Below are positions 18,508-28,019 of a DNA stretch of 64,000 nt, piece after piece (position 1 is the first letter of the stretch; every line of letters starts with the position of its first letter). The notes below the pieces were generated by a model. That model had not been told where the DNA came from. It did not search any database and worked only from the letters and a program-made list of their open reading frames with translations. The stretch is taken from positions 128,232-192,231 of the forward strand of contig JAQTMH010000004.1 of NCBI GenBank assembly GCA_028714495.1, read 5' to 3'. Source of the stretch: Patescibacteria group bacterium. GTDB taxonomy: Bacteria; Patescibacteriota; Patescibacteriia; JAHIZJ01. The position numbers and the translations under genes were made by a program.

Positions 18508-20131
18508 GCCAGCCGTGAACCAGAACGGTACACGGCCAGCCGTGAACCAGAACGGTACACGGCCAGTTGTCCTTATCATCATGGACGGCTGGGGAGTAGC
18601 TGCTCCATCGAAAGGCAATGCCGCGACCTTGGCGAACATGCCTTTTTTGGATTACCTTTTACAAAATTACCCGGCCATGGTGGTCGAGGCTGGCGGCATC
18701 AGCGCGGGTTTACCTTGGGGCGAAATGGGCAATTCGGAAGTCGGCCACATGACCATCGGCGCCGGTAAAATTGTCTATCAGAACATAACGAAAATATCAA
18801 AGGCGATTGAGAGCGGCGAGTTTTTCAAAAATAAAGCGTTTTTAACGGCGATTGAGCATGTTAAAAAGCACCATAGCCGCCTTCACCTGATGGGGCTTCT
18901 GGGCACGGGCGGCGTTCACGCCCACCAATTGCACCTTGAAAGTTTGATGCAATTAGCCCAGGACCAGGGCCTGGATAATGTCTACCTTCACCTTTTTTTA
19001 GACGGCCGGGATACGCCGCGAGAATCAGCAGTTAAATTTCTTGATTCGCTAAACGAACGGATTGAGGAAAATAAATTTGGGAAGATTGCCACGTTAAGCG
19101 GCCGCTTCTGGAGTATGGACCGGGATAATAAATGGCAGCGCACGGAAAAAAGTTACCGGATGCTGACCGAAGGCAAGGCTGATTATCAAAGCGCCGATCC
19201 CCGGCAGGCAATACTGGATTCATACCAGCGGGGGGTTTACGACGAGGAACTCGAACCCACCGTTATTTTGGAAAACGGCAAGCCGGTTGCCACAATTGGT
19301 GATTACGACGCGATAATCTTTCACAATTTCCGATCGGATCGGCCGAGACAGCTGACTCAGGCGTTTATTGAGGAAGATTTTCAGGGATTTAAGCGCGCCC
19401 GTAAGATCAAAAATCTGTTTTTTGTCACGATGACAGAATATCGAAAGGGCTTGCCCGCGGAAGTCGCCTTTCCTCGGGATTACGTTCGCGAGCCATTGGC
19501 CAAGGTCATCAGCGATAATAATTTGAAGCAGCTTCATGTGTCCGAAACGGAAAAATACGCCCACATCACTTTCTTTCTCAACGGCATGCAGGAAAAAAGC
19601 TTTGCCGGAGAGGATCGAGTCTTGCTGCCTTCACCACTGGTAGATTCTTACGCCAAGACGCCGGCCATGTCCGGGGAAAAAGTTACTCAGGCGGTTTTGG
19701 ACGGTTTAGCCACTCAAAAATACGCCTTTATCGTCATAAACTTTGCCAATCCGGACATGGTGGCTCACACCGGCAGTTTGCAGGCCACGGTCCAAGCCCT
19801 TGAGATTGACGATCCATTCATTGAAAAAATCGTAACAAAAACCCTGGAGCAAGATGGCACGGTAATTATTACCTCAGATCACGGTAATTGCGAGGAAGTG
19901 GTAAAATTACAGACTGGTCGGCCGGATAAGGAGCACAGCAACCGTTCAGTACCTTGTCTGATAATAAACAATCAGCTCAAGGGCAAAGAACCGCCAATCA
20001 TTCGGGATCAATTATTTACCCTGCGGAGCCGGGGTACTCTGGTGGATATCGCTCCGACAATCCTAGCGCTTTTAAATTTGCCCAAGCCCAGAGAAATGGC
20101 TGGAATTAATCTTTTGAAGTTTATCTCCTGA
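18497..20131 (+). CDS. gpmI: 2,3-bisphosphoglycerate-independent phosphoglycerate mutase
   Basis: VVLIIMDGWG…GNSEVGHMTIGAGKIVYQ… full-length iPGM pattern. The N-terminus carries an in-frame 24-bp tandem duplication. Confidence 0.9.
   Translation: MISKPAVNQNGTRPAVNQNGTRPVVLIIMDGWGVAAPSKGNAATLANMPFLDYLLQNYPAMVVEAGGISAGLPWGEMGNSEVGHMTIGAGKIVYQNITKISKAIESGEFFKNKAFLTAIEHVKKHHSRLHLMGLLGTGGVHAHQLHLESLMQLAQDQGLDNVYLHLFLDGRDTPRESAVKFLDSLNERIEENKFGKIATLSGRFWSMDRDNKWQRTEKSYRMLTEGKADYQSADPRQAILDSYQRGVYDEELEPTVILENGKPVATIGDYDAIIFHNFRSDRPRQLTQAFIEEDFQGFKRARKIKNLFFVTMTEYRKGLPAEVAFPRDYVREPLAKVISDNNLKQLHVSETEKYAHITFFLNGMQEKSFAGEDRVLLPSPLVDSYAKTPAMSGEKVTQAVLDGLATQKYAFIVINFANPDMVAHTGSLQATVQALEIDDPFIEKIVTKTLEQDGTVIITSDHGNCEEVVKLQTGRPDKEHSNRSVPCLIINNQLKGKEPPIIRDQLFTLRSRGTLVDIAPTILALLNLPKPREMAGINLLKFIS
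18513..18560 (+). repeat. perfect 24-bp x2 tandem duplication (ccagccgtgaaccagaacggtacacgg) inside the gpmI N-terminus
   Basis: Encodes PAVNQNGTR PAVNQNGTR. Core gtaccagaacggtaca-like near-palindrome also occurs at 16256-16272. Confidence 0.85.
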
Positions 20132-20160
20132 ACCCATAATAGATAATAATAAAGCCAGAC

Positions 20161-20637
20161 ATGAAAGGGAAGTCAGAGTTCAACTATACTAAAATCAGTA
20201 AATATATTTATCTCGGTACGACTTTTTATCATCCTGAAGACATGGAATCGATTGTCAGAGTGGGTATAAAAGCCGTGGTTGATTTAAATTTGGAGAAAAA
20301 GGATCGGCCGAAGAATCTTACGGCCTATTTATGGCTGCCGGCCCGGGATTATTCACCGCCGACCCTGGAGCAATTTTATCTTGGCGTTGATTTTATTGAT
20401 CAGCTGGTGCGCCGCCGGATAAAAACTTATGTTCATTGCAATGTTGGGTTTGGCCGCGCGCCCACCCTGATTGCCGCTTATTTAGTCGCAATAAAAGGTT
20501 ACAGCGTATCTGAGGCAATCATCCTGCTAAGCCATAAAAGACCAGGCGTCCATCCGAATATCCATCAGGTGGTGGGAATCAGAAGATTTATTCGACATTT
20601 CCGCAAGTCTAACTCTCGAGCAAAAGTACTTATTTGA
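20161..20637 (+). CDS. dual-specificity/tyrosine protein phosphatase-like protein
   Basis: CX5R P-loop VHCNVGFGRAP. Confidence 0.6.
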   Translation: MKGKSEFNYTKISKYIYLGTTFYHPEDMESIVRVGIKAVVDLNLEKKDRPKNLTAYLWLPARDYSPPTLEQFYLGVDFIDQLVRRRIKTYVHCNVGFGRAPTLIAAYLVAIKGYSVSEAIILLSHKRPGVHPNIHQVVGIRRFIRHFRKSNSRAKVLI

Positions 20638-20755
20638 ATATTTCATCAAAGGCGATAGTATGAAAATATAAATCGGCCTGGTTTTTATTTGTCATATCAA
20701 ATCAGCTTTGATATACTACCGGACAATAGCTGATTTTTAAGCGCAAGAATACTAT

Positions 20756-21019
20756 ATGAAGAAGCCAATTGTTAAAAAAACAAAGAAAACCGTGGGTTCA
20801 ATCGAGCAAGAAGTTAAACAGGCGATTGACCAGGTTAAGCCCATAATCCAGGCTGACGGCGGTGACGTTGTTTTTGTCGGCGTGAAAGACGGAGTAGTCA
20901 AGGTAAAATTGACCGGAGCCTGCAGCCATTGCCCGATGTCAACCTACACGCTCAAGCTTTTCTTGGAGCAGAAGATAAAGGAAGCAGTCAAAGGCATTAA
21001 ATCAGTTGAGCAGGTTTAA
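20756..21019 (+). CDS. NifU-like (Nfu-type) Fe-S cluster scaffold domain protein
   Basis: …IIQADGGDVVFVGVKDGVVKVKLTGACSHCP…. Confidence 0.7.
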   Translation: MKKPIVKKTKKTVGSIEQEVKQAIDQVKPIIQADGGDVVFVGVKDGVVKVKLTGACSHCPMSTYTLKLFLEQKIKEAVKGIKSVEQV

Positions 21020-21111
21020 GATATTACTCCCTTTAACACGCAGCCGTCTTTTTTTATTTGGGCCAAATGAAGAAATTAAAAATTGATAATTCAAAATTCA
21101 AAATTATTGTT

Positions 21112-21153
21112 GCCCATCTCTCGACTCTGCTCGAGATGGGCTTCTTTCATTTT
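21112..21153 (+). terminator. rho-independent terminator at the centre of a larger palindrome
   Basis: GCCCATCTC…GAGATGGGC followed by TTCTTTCATTTT. Outer arms AAAATTCAAAA / TTTTGAATTTT at 21093-21103 and 21156-21166. Confidence 0.6.
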
Positions 21154-21227
21154 ACATTTTGAATTTTAAATTATTTATACACTAATCTTGAATTGTTAAT
21201 TATTATTGTTTCTTATATAATGAACGC

Positions 21228-22664
21228 ATGTTAGATAATAAGCGTAAGTTATTTCGCTGGGGGCCGATACCCGGGCGACTCATCGCCATCGACGATTGGA
21301 GTCCGATTTCGCGCCTCTATCCCGGGCGCTTGCATCGGTATTATTGGCCCGACTCGCTGACGCTTTTTCAGCAGGGCGAAATGCTGTTTATTTCTGATCT
21401 CCATGAGTTAGAAGCGATGGGCGCCCGTGTCTTCCGAGGAATCATCATGAGTAGATCACTCCCACAATTTCAAAAGGCTTGGCAAAAGAGCGTCAACGAC
21501 GTATTTACGTATTGTTCCAGGGTCTCTGCGCCCTGGTTGCGATCATTGACCGATGAGCAATTGGATAGTGAATGGCATAATTTTCATAACACTCTGCGTC
21601 CCTTTTGGGAAGCAGCGGTTATTCCGGAGCTGGGCTCGTATGGCGGCGCGCCGATACTTCGGCGGGCGCTTCATCGACACGGCCTGCGCGACGAGTCGCT
21701 CCAAATTGCCAGCGCCATTTTATCAGCGCCGGAACGCCTGTCATTCTATCAGGAAGAGGAACGCGATTTTCTCAAACTCTATTCGATCAAGTCAAAAACC
21801 GCGTTAACGAGCGCGCTGCGGGAGCACTGGCGGCGATATTATTGGATCGAAAATTCATATGGCGCCATTCGAATCATGTCACTGAAAGATTTTCAGCGGC
21901 GGTTGCGTGAAAGAAAGGCTGACTGGAAAGATCGCCGGCGTGAAATTGACCGGCAAATACTGAAAATACGGAAAGAAAAAACCAGGCTCAACAAAAAATA
22001 TAAAATTCCAACACGCATCCGAAGTATTGCGCATGGCCTGAGTCTCTCGATCGGCTGGCAAGACGAAAGAAAAAAGCAAATTTTTCGATACCTGCACTTT
22101 CAAGAGTTATTTTTACACGAATATTCACGTCGCTCGGGCGTCTCAATGGCGCTTCTGTCAACGGCCATGGTTTCGGAAGTGTCCGTCCGGCCGCCACTGC
22201 GGCAAATACAGGAGTTGCGTAGGCGATCGCGTCAGGCATACGTCCTTGATCTAAGTTTGCGCCATTATTGCGTTATCGGCGGGCGGCCAGCGAGAAGGCT
22301 TGTAGCTACGTATTGGCCAGTGCTGCGGGTGAAAGGGAAACGAAGTTGTTCCGGCATCGTCGCGCATCCTGGTCCGGAACGAATCGTCGGGCGGGTGTTT
22401 ATTGTGCGCAATCATGACCAATTAAGAAAATTTCCGGCTGGCGCCATCCTTGTGAGTACGCAGACAGCCCCGGAATACGTAACCGCTATTCGAAAGGCAA
22501 AAGCGATTGTGACTGATGCCGGCGGTATTACCTCGCACGCGGCGATCGTGGCCAGAGAATACAATAAACCATGCGTGGTCGGCACGAAATACGCCACCAG
22601 CTTATTGCGCACCGGGGATCGGGTCGCCGTTGACGCCCGGAAGGGATTAGTGGTTAAGTTATAG
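21228..22664 (+). CDS. protein with C-terminal PEP-utilizing-enzyme mobile (phospho-His swivel) domain; N-terminal ~390 aa unknown
   Basis: C-terminus …TAPEYVTAIRKAKAIVTDAGGITSHAAIVAREYNKPCVVG…. Confidence 0.6.
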   Translation: MLDNKRKLFRWGPIPGRLIAIDDWSPISRLYPGRLHRYYWPDSLTLFQQGEMLFISDLHELEAMGARVFRGIIMSRSLPQFQKAWQKSVNDVFTYCSRVSAPWLRSLTDEQLDSEWHNFHNTLRPFWEAAVIPELGSYGGAPILRRALHRHGLRDESLQIASAILSAPERLSFYQEEERDFLKLYSIKSKTALTSALREHWRRYYWIENSYGAIRIMSLKDFQRRLRERKADWKDRRREIDRQILKIRKEKTRLNKKYKIPTRIRSIAHGLSLSIGWQDERKKQIFRYLHFQELFLHEYSRRSGVSMALLSTAMVSEVSVRPPLRQIQELRRRSRQAYVLDLSLRHYCVIGGRPARRLVATYWPVLRVKGKRSCSGIVAHPGPERIVGRVFIVRNHDQLRKFPAGAILVSTQTAPEYVTAIRKAKAIVTDAGGITSHAAIVAREYNKPCVVGTKYATSLLRTGDRVAVDARKGLVVKL

Positions 22665-22687
22665 GGATTACGATTAATAAATATATT

Positions 22688-23500
22688 ATGTCATTATTCC
22701 AAATCCTCGAGGACAAAGCCAAACAAAAACGACGCCGGATTGGAATTTCCATTTTGCGCTGGAATGAACCGATTCGCGCCAGCCTGGAAAAAGCCAAAGC
22801 GATTGCCGACATAATTGTCTATGGCGATCCGCAATTCGGTTTTGACGGCGTGAAAAACGACAATCAGGAAGAGGTTGGTCGTCAGATGGTTCGCGATTTT
22901 AAAGCTGGAAAACTTGATCAGTTCGTCCGGGGTCAAGTAGACGATTTCGGCACCGTGGACGAATATAAAAAACAATTCGGCGTTTTGCCCGAAATGAAGC
23001 GGCTTGGATTTGGGTTGATGCGTGATGCCCATAACCATGAATTTTGGATGATCTTGGTATCGAATCCCGAAGGCCAGACGCTGGAGGACAAAATACGCTA
23101 CATTGACGGGGCGACTAATTGGCTGACTGAAACATTTCCGGAATTTAAACCAAAGGTGGCGGTCATGGCCACTTGCCGGCCAGGCTCATACGGCCGTGAT
23201 CCTGTCATGTCAAGAAGCTATGACGAGGCCGAAGCAGTGGTGAAACATCTGACTGAAAAAGGGATTGAAGCCAAAAACGTCCACATCGAGATTGAAAATG
23301 CCGTAACCTGGGCCAATATTATCATGGCCTCGAACGGCACGATCGGCAATCAGATCTTCCGAGCTGTGATGTACCTCGGTGGCGGCAAGAATCTGGCCTG
23401 CCCGACGGTTTTCCCGGGCTATGGACAATATGAGGATGACAGCCGGAACGAGGAAGACTGGTATCCGCACATCGTGGCAGCCGCGGCGTATGTGAAGTAA
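22688..23500 (+). CDS. hypothetical protein (weak resemblance to a phosphotransacylase-like fold)
   Basis: 270-aa ORF, no confident family call. Confidence 0.35.
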   Translation: MSLFQILEDKAKQKRRRIGISILRWNEPIRASLEKAKAIADIIVYGDPQFGFDGVKNDNQEEVGRQMVRDFKAGKLDQFVRGQVDDFGTVDEYKKQFGVLPEMKRLGFGLMRDAHNHEFWMILVSNPEGQTLEDKIRYIDGATNWLTETFPEFKPKVAVMATCRPGSYGRDPVMSRSYDEAEAVVKHLTEKGIEAKNVHIEIENAVTWANIIMASNGTIGNQIFRAVMYLGGGKNLACPTVFPGYGQYEDDSRNEEDWYPHIVAAAAYVK

Positions 23501-23512
23501 ATCCTAGTAGTA

Positions 23513-23546
23513 AGCGACCCTTAAGGGTCGCTTGCGGGATTTATTG
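23513..23546 (+). terminator. putative hairpin terminator
   Basis: AGCGACCC-TTAA-GGGTCGCT then GCGGGATTTATT. Confidence 0.4.
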
Positions 23547-23706
23547 CAGTGGCTTCGATATTGGACTTACTATAGTTATTTACTTTATAAACTCCCCAAA
23601 CCTCCGTGTTTGGGCTCGAATAATGTTTGTGGCGGCGCTACCTTTACCCGCCTCCGGTTACAGATTTTCAACCTTTTGCTTGATTCATTGTTATAACTTT
23701 CTATCA

Positions 23707-23826
23707 CCAGCTGGGTTAATAAAGGGGGCCTACGGCGGGTTATTTGCCTATGGCTCCGCTTTCGTTTGGACTGAAAATATTGTTAAGGAGCTCTATGATT
23801 GTTGGTGTGAAGGCAAATAAAAAACG
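23707..23826 (+). repeat. copy 1 of a 118-bp near-identical direct repeat (second copy at 35997..36114)
   Basis: 2 mismatches over about 118 bp. Contains a 10-bp long-range complement TTATTTGCCT…AGGCAAATAA, an SD (aaggag) and ATG of a short ORF (MIVGVKANKK…). More diverged homology extends about 65 bp upstream (ACCCGCCTC…). Confidence 0.9.
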
Positions 23827-23908
23827 AGGGCGGAACCTTGTACCGAGTCTGGTACAGGGTCCACCCTCTTGTATTGTTGAAGGTGCAGGCGAGGTTGGTC
23901 AACCTCGC

Positions 23909-25147
23909 TTACAGTTGCATGGCTAGCGCGAGCCAATAGGCCAGCATGAGCGGGAGGACGCGTTCGTCCGGATTGAACACGGGCGTATGATGTCCGTGCC
24001 CGTGGATAGCCTGTTCATCATCAGTGATGCCGCCGGCTCCGATCATCATGTAGTTGCTACGGATGCCGAAATCATGATCGAATCGGCCAAACGATTCTCC
24101 ACCCATGATTTGGGGGCAATCAGTCCAGACTCTGGGCGGAGTAATGACTGTGTTGCTTCTGGCCGCCCAGTTGAGAACGTCACGGGCGGCCTGAGTCGCG
24201 GTTAGGCTGATTGCCGGATCATTAAAGGTCGGGATATGGCCGGTGGGATGATCGATCGTGAGAACCGTGGTGGGGAAGACTTTCCTGAACAGATCAGCGA
24301 TCCTCGCGAGTTGACAGACTGCCTGTTCGTAGTTTTCCCTATCCACGGCGCGGAACGAAACCACGAACTCAAGCCAGGATGGCAGAATATTCGGCGCTTG
24401 GGTCGAAGCAGTTGGTACTGCTGGATGAACCAGGGCGCCTGGTATTGGGTTGAGAATCTCGGCTCGTAATTTGTCTACCCACCAGGAATAGGCGTCAGTG
24501 AGCGAGCCCTTCTGTCTCACTTCGATAGCGTGGCCGCCCTCGCATTCGAGCCGGATTGTAACCCGGTCTGAATGGGCGGTAATGTTGCCAACCCGAGTAG
24601 CAAATGTACCGGTAGGAAACACTCCGCCGAATTCGGGAGCGCTGGTGATTACATGGAGACCGTAGACGGCTGTCAGTCCATCAGCCCCTCTTGCCCGGAT
24701 CAGTTCAGGTTCTCCGCCTGGTGGTATCTCTTCCGCCTGGGTGAAAAGAAGTCTGATGTTTCGGGCGAGAAGATGTCTGTTGGCTGCCAGCACCGTGGCC
24801 GTGGCCAACAGCGCGCCAGTGTGAAAGTCGTGTCCGCAGGCATGCATGACTCCCGGATTCCTGGAAGCACACCGCAGTCCGGTTTTCTCCTGGATCTGCA
24901 GGGCATCCAAATCAGCCCGGAAGCCAATCATGGGTGTTCCAGGAAGGTCGGGGTTAACGATGTCGCAGACAATCCCGCCCTTCAGCTGTCGAGGGTTGAG
25001 TTGACAGCCGTCATTCAAGACGAGGGTTACATGCTCCATCGTCTCTTCTTCTTGCCAGCCCAGCTCGGCGTGCTTGTGGAACCATTGCTGGAGCTGTTTG
25101 GCTAGCTCAACGACTCTGAGATCAACGAGATCCAATACCTGACTCAT
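23909..25147 (-). CDS. M20D-family amidohydrolase/peptidase
   Basis: …MHACGHDFHTGALL…LLFTQAEE…GGEPELIRARGADGL…GLHV… Likely start at MSQVLDL; the ORF-track start at 25330 adds about 60 aa that looks spurious. GC-rich relative to its flanks. Confidence 0.7.
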   Translation of the reverse strand: MSQVLDLVDLRVVELAKQLQQWFHKHAELGWQEEETMEHVTLVLNDGCQLNPRQLKGGIVCDIVNPDLPGTPMIGFRADLDALQIQEKTGLRCASRNPGVMHACGHDFHTGALLATATVLAANRHLLARNIRLLFTQAEEIPPGGEPELIRARGADGLTAVYGLHVITSAPEFGGVFPTGTFATRVGNITAHSDRVTIRLECEGGHAIEVRQKGSLTDAYSWWVDKLRAEILNPIPGALVHPAVPTASTQAPNILPSWLEFVVSFRAVDRENYEQAVCQLARIADLFRKVFPTTVLTIDHPTGHIPTFNDPAISLTATQAARDVLNWAARSNTVITPPRVWTDCPQIMGGESFGRFDHDFGIRSNYMMIGAGGITDDEQAIHGHGHHTPVFNPDERVLPLMLAYWLALAMQL

Positions 25148-25300
25148 GCCGTACCCCCTTTTTCTAGCACATTGTCGAAATAGCCTTCTGATAGTAGAAC
25201 TCGGAAGTATAAAGGGAAAATTGGTTTTTGTCAACACCTTTTGGGTTGAAAATAGGGATTTGTTTTTTTCCATAACTTGTGCTATAATAAACTCACCTTT

Positions 25301-26242
25301 ATGGAAAAAGTTACCCTCCCTTTTAGCCAAATAGGCAGAGAGTCGGTGAAAGAAGCCGGTGGGAAAGGGGCAAACCTTGGTGAATTGACAAAAGCCGGGA
25401 TACCAGTACCTCCAGGTTTCGTAGTATTAGCCTCGACATTCCAAAAATACCTTGAGATTTCAGACCTTGACGTGGAACTTGACTCCATCCTCGACGAACT
25501 GAAGATAAAAGACATCAGTTCGGTTGAGCGCGAATCGAGAAAGATGCGATCTTTGATTGATAAGGCTAAGGTGCCGGCTGAAATTCAAAAAGGAATCCAG
25601 GCGGCTTTTAAGCGATTGGGTGCAAAATTCGTCGCGGTTCGTTCTTCAGCCACGGCCGAAGATTCAAAGGTTGCCTCTTGGGCCGGCGAACTCGATACCC
25701 TCCTTTTTGTTACCCAGCCGGAATTGATTAACGCGGTCAGAAAATGCTGGTCATCGCTCTATACCCCGCGCGCTCTATTTTATCGCTTTGAGAAAAAGCT
25801 TCACCATAAAATGATCCGGGTGGCCGTGGTAGTCCAGAAGATGGTTAATTCAATGGTCTCGGGCATCGCCTTCACGACCCATCCGGTAACTCGCGATCCC
25901 AACCAAATGATTATCGAGGCGGGCTGGGGCCTGGGTGAGGCGATTGTCTCGGGTCAGATTACGCCCGACGCCTATGTTATTGATAAAGAAGATAATTCAT
26001 TCATTGACATAAACGTGAATAAGCAGGAGATGATGATTGTCCAAGCCCGGCCCAAAGGAACAAAGAAAGCGATCGTACCGCGCGCTAAGCAGGCCAAACA
26101 GAAATTGACCAATTCGCAGATTCAGACTCTGGTCGGAATTCTTCGCCGGATCGAAAAGTATTATGGCAGCCCCCAGGATATTGAATGGGCTTATGACGGG
26201 AAATTTTATATCGTTCAAACACGTCCGATAACGACTTTGTAA
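25301..26242 (+). CDS. PPDK_N/PEP-synthase-type ATP-grasp (nucleotide-binding) domain protein
   Basis: …VKEAGGKGANLGELTKAGIPVPPGFVV… The ORF-track start is TTG at 25277; ATG at 25301 is preceded by TATAAT. Confidence 0.6.
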   Translation: MEKVTLPFSQIGRESVKEAGGKGANLGELTKAGIPVPPGFVVLASTFQKYLEISDLDVELDSILDELKIKDISSVERESRKMRSLIDKAKVPAEIQKGIQAAFKRLGAKFVAVRSSATAEDSKVASWAGELDTLLFVTQPELINAVRKCWSSLYTPRALFYRFEKKLHHKMIRVAVVVQKMVNSMVSGIAFTTHPVTRDPNQMIIEAGWGLGEAIVSGQITPDAYVIDKEDNSFIDINVNKQEMMIVQARPKGTKKAIVPRAKQAKQKLTNSQIQTLVGILRRIEKYYGSPQDIEWAYDGKFYIVQTRPITTL

Positions 26243-26252
26243 AAACGTTTAA

Positions 26253-28016
26253 ATGGATTCTTCCGTTTCAAATCAACCAACCTCCAATACTCAAATCAAT
26301 CAGAGGATTGAGACTGTTTTGCAGAGCCAATCGCCCAAAGAAGCCTTAAAGCTTCTTCGGCAAATCGGGGGCCAGGGGATGGGCGAGTTGGGAGTGAATA
26401 TCGAAGCTCAAAAGCAGCGTTTGAGAGTAGTCGCCTTGCCTCTATTACCCACTTCTGAATTTCTTTTGCTTTTCGAGGGCGATTTGCGGGCCACCTTCGA
26501 ATTTAATTTGACTGAACGTTTGAGGACGCGATTGGTGTCACTGCCGCTAGTCTCCCAAGACGAGTTTAAACGAACGATCCTGTCAACGCTTCAAAATAAC
26601 ACGAGCGAATTTGTTTCGGGAGATCAAAATACCGCCCAGAAATGGATTGAAAAGTTTTTAGCCAGCCACCAAAATCCCGATGCGTTTATCGCGGCGGCGC
26701 CAGAATTTAAGTCCCTGACCGTCGAGGATCAGCTCAGAGTTCAAAGGCTTTTGCAGGTAGTCCAGCACGCCCTGATATCAGTTACTACGCCAGAGGGATT
26801 GGAAGATGAAATGATGATTCGGGATGAAACTGGGACTTTCAAAGTTTTAAAAGCGGGCGAATTGGTTGAATTGGGTATTGAGCCACGGGAGAAACCGCCA
26901 GCCGCTCCGCCAATTTCAGCCGTTCCGGCGGCACCTTCACAAATAAAGGCCGAAGTCTCATCATCGCGGCCCATCGCTTCTGTTCCGCCGGCCCCCCTAG
27001 CTGTTAAACCAGTACAAAAAACCCCGGCTGATTTCTACTTTCACCCTGAAGATGAAAATGAAGTGCATGACCACCGTGCCCGTTTGGCAAAAATAGATCC
27101 GATTCCGGAGAGCAATTTTGACACAATTGTCGATCAGCTAGTTAGAGATTTTCATCTAGAATTTTCTGGCCAGCCAATCGCCGATCGGTTTAGGAATATT
27201 ATCAAATCTCGTCTCAATGATGTGCGGGATATAATTGAAACACAAAACATGCTTAGCCGGCCAATCGAGGTAGGCGGCGTGGGCCTTGAAGCCGGCTTGG
27301 CCATGAAGATACTCTCCAAAGTTGAGGAAGAATCTCTAAAGATCCATCAGGCGCATTTAGCCAGAGCCGAACCAACTCCTTTGATTGTCCCAGTGCCCAC
27401 CAAAGCCACACCTCTTCCGCCTGAACCGGGGGATGCGGTGCCGCCAGCCGTGACTGTGCCACCGGTTGTTGAGAAGGTTGTGATACCAAAGGCTCCCCCC
27501 GAGATTCAAAAAATTGAGCCAAAACCGGTTGAACCGACGCCCGAACCTAGGCCGGCCTTAGTTGTTCCGCCAATTCAAAAACCTAAAGAATCGCCCAGAC
27601 CGATTCCCCAAAGAATGAGTGGCACGCCGGTCATTAATAGGCCGATCGAATCAAGCCGTCCGACAGTTTCCGACATCCGGCGTCCGGTTAAAACAATCGG
27701 TCCGGTCCAAGAATTGGTCGAGCTGACTCTGAAGGATTATCGCCGCCTCGGTAAAACAATCGAAGAATCAAACGAGAAGATAATGGAAAAACTAGATTTG
27801 TTAGAGGAGGATTCTTATCTCAAAAGAGCCGAGGGGGTCAAGGCTTGGAAAAGCGGCGAGGTGAACCAACTTTACCTCTCGATCGGGCGTGAAAGCATGG
27901 AAAAAGATTTAGCCGTGATCGATGTGATTCGTAAACGCCGGGAGGACGGGTTGCCTTATCTCACGAAAGAAGAATTTGAAATGGTGGCCGATTTGAATAA
28001 GAAAATAAGTTTCTAA
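26253..28016 (+). CDS. hypothetical Pro-rich protein
   Basis: Long PxP-rich linker (…PTPLIVPVPTKATPLPPEPGDAVPPAVTVPPVVEKVVIPKAPPEIQK…). No TM. Confidence 0.4.
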   Translation: MDSSVSNQPTSNTQINQRIETVLQSQSPKEALKLLRQIGGQGMGELGVNIEAQKQRLRVVALPLLPTSEFLLLFEGDLRATFEFNLTERLRTRLVSLPLVSQDEFKRTILSTLQNNTSEFVSGDQNTAQKWIEKFLASHQNPDAFIAAAPEFKSLTVEDQLRVQRLLQVVQHALISVTTPEGLEDEMMIRDETGTFKVLKAGELVELGIEPREKPPAAPPISAVPAAPSQIKAEVSSSRPIASVPPAPLAVKPVQKTPADFYFHPEDENEVHDHRARLAKIDPIPESNFDTIVDQLVRDFHLEFSGQPIADRFRNIIKSRLNDVRDIIETQNMLSRPIEVGGVGLEAGLAMKILSKVEEESLKIHQAHLARAEPTPLIVPVPTKATPLPPEPGDAVPPAVTVPPVVEKVVIPKAPPEIQKIEPKPVEPTPEPRPALVVPPIQKPKESPRPIPQRMSGTPVINRPIESSRPTVSDIRRPVKTIGPVQELVELTLKDYRRLGKTIEESNEKIMEKLDLLEEDSYLKRAEGVKAWKSGEVNQLYLSIGRESMEKDLAVIDVIRKRREDGLPYLTKEEFEMVADLNKKISF

Positions 28017-28019
28017 TTT

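Noticed and set aside
25147-25330. N-terminal 60-aa extension of the M20D ORF (start at 25330)
   Set aside because: M20D proteins begin near the MSQVLDL-type sequence. The extension overlaps the promoter and start region of the divergent PPDK_N gene.
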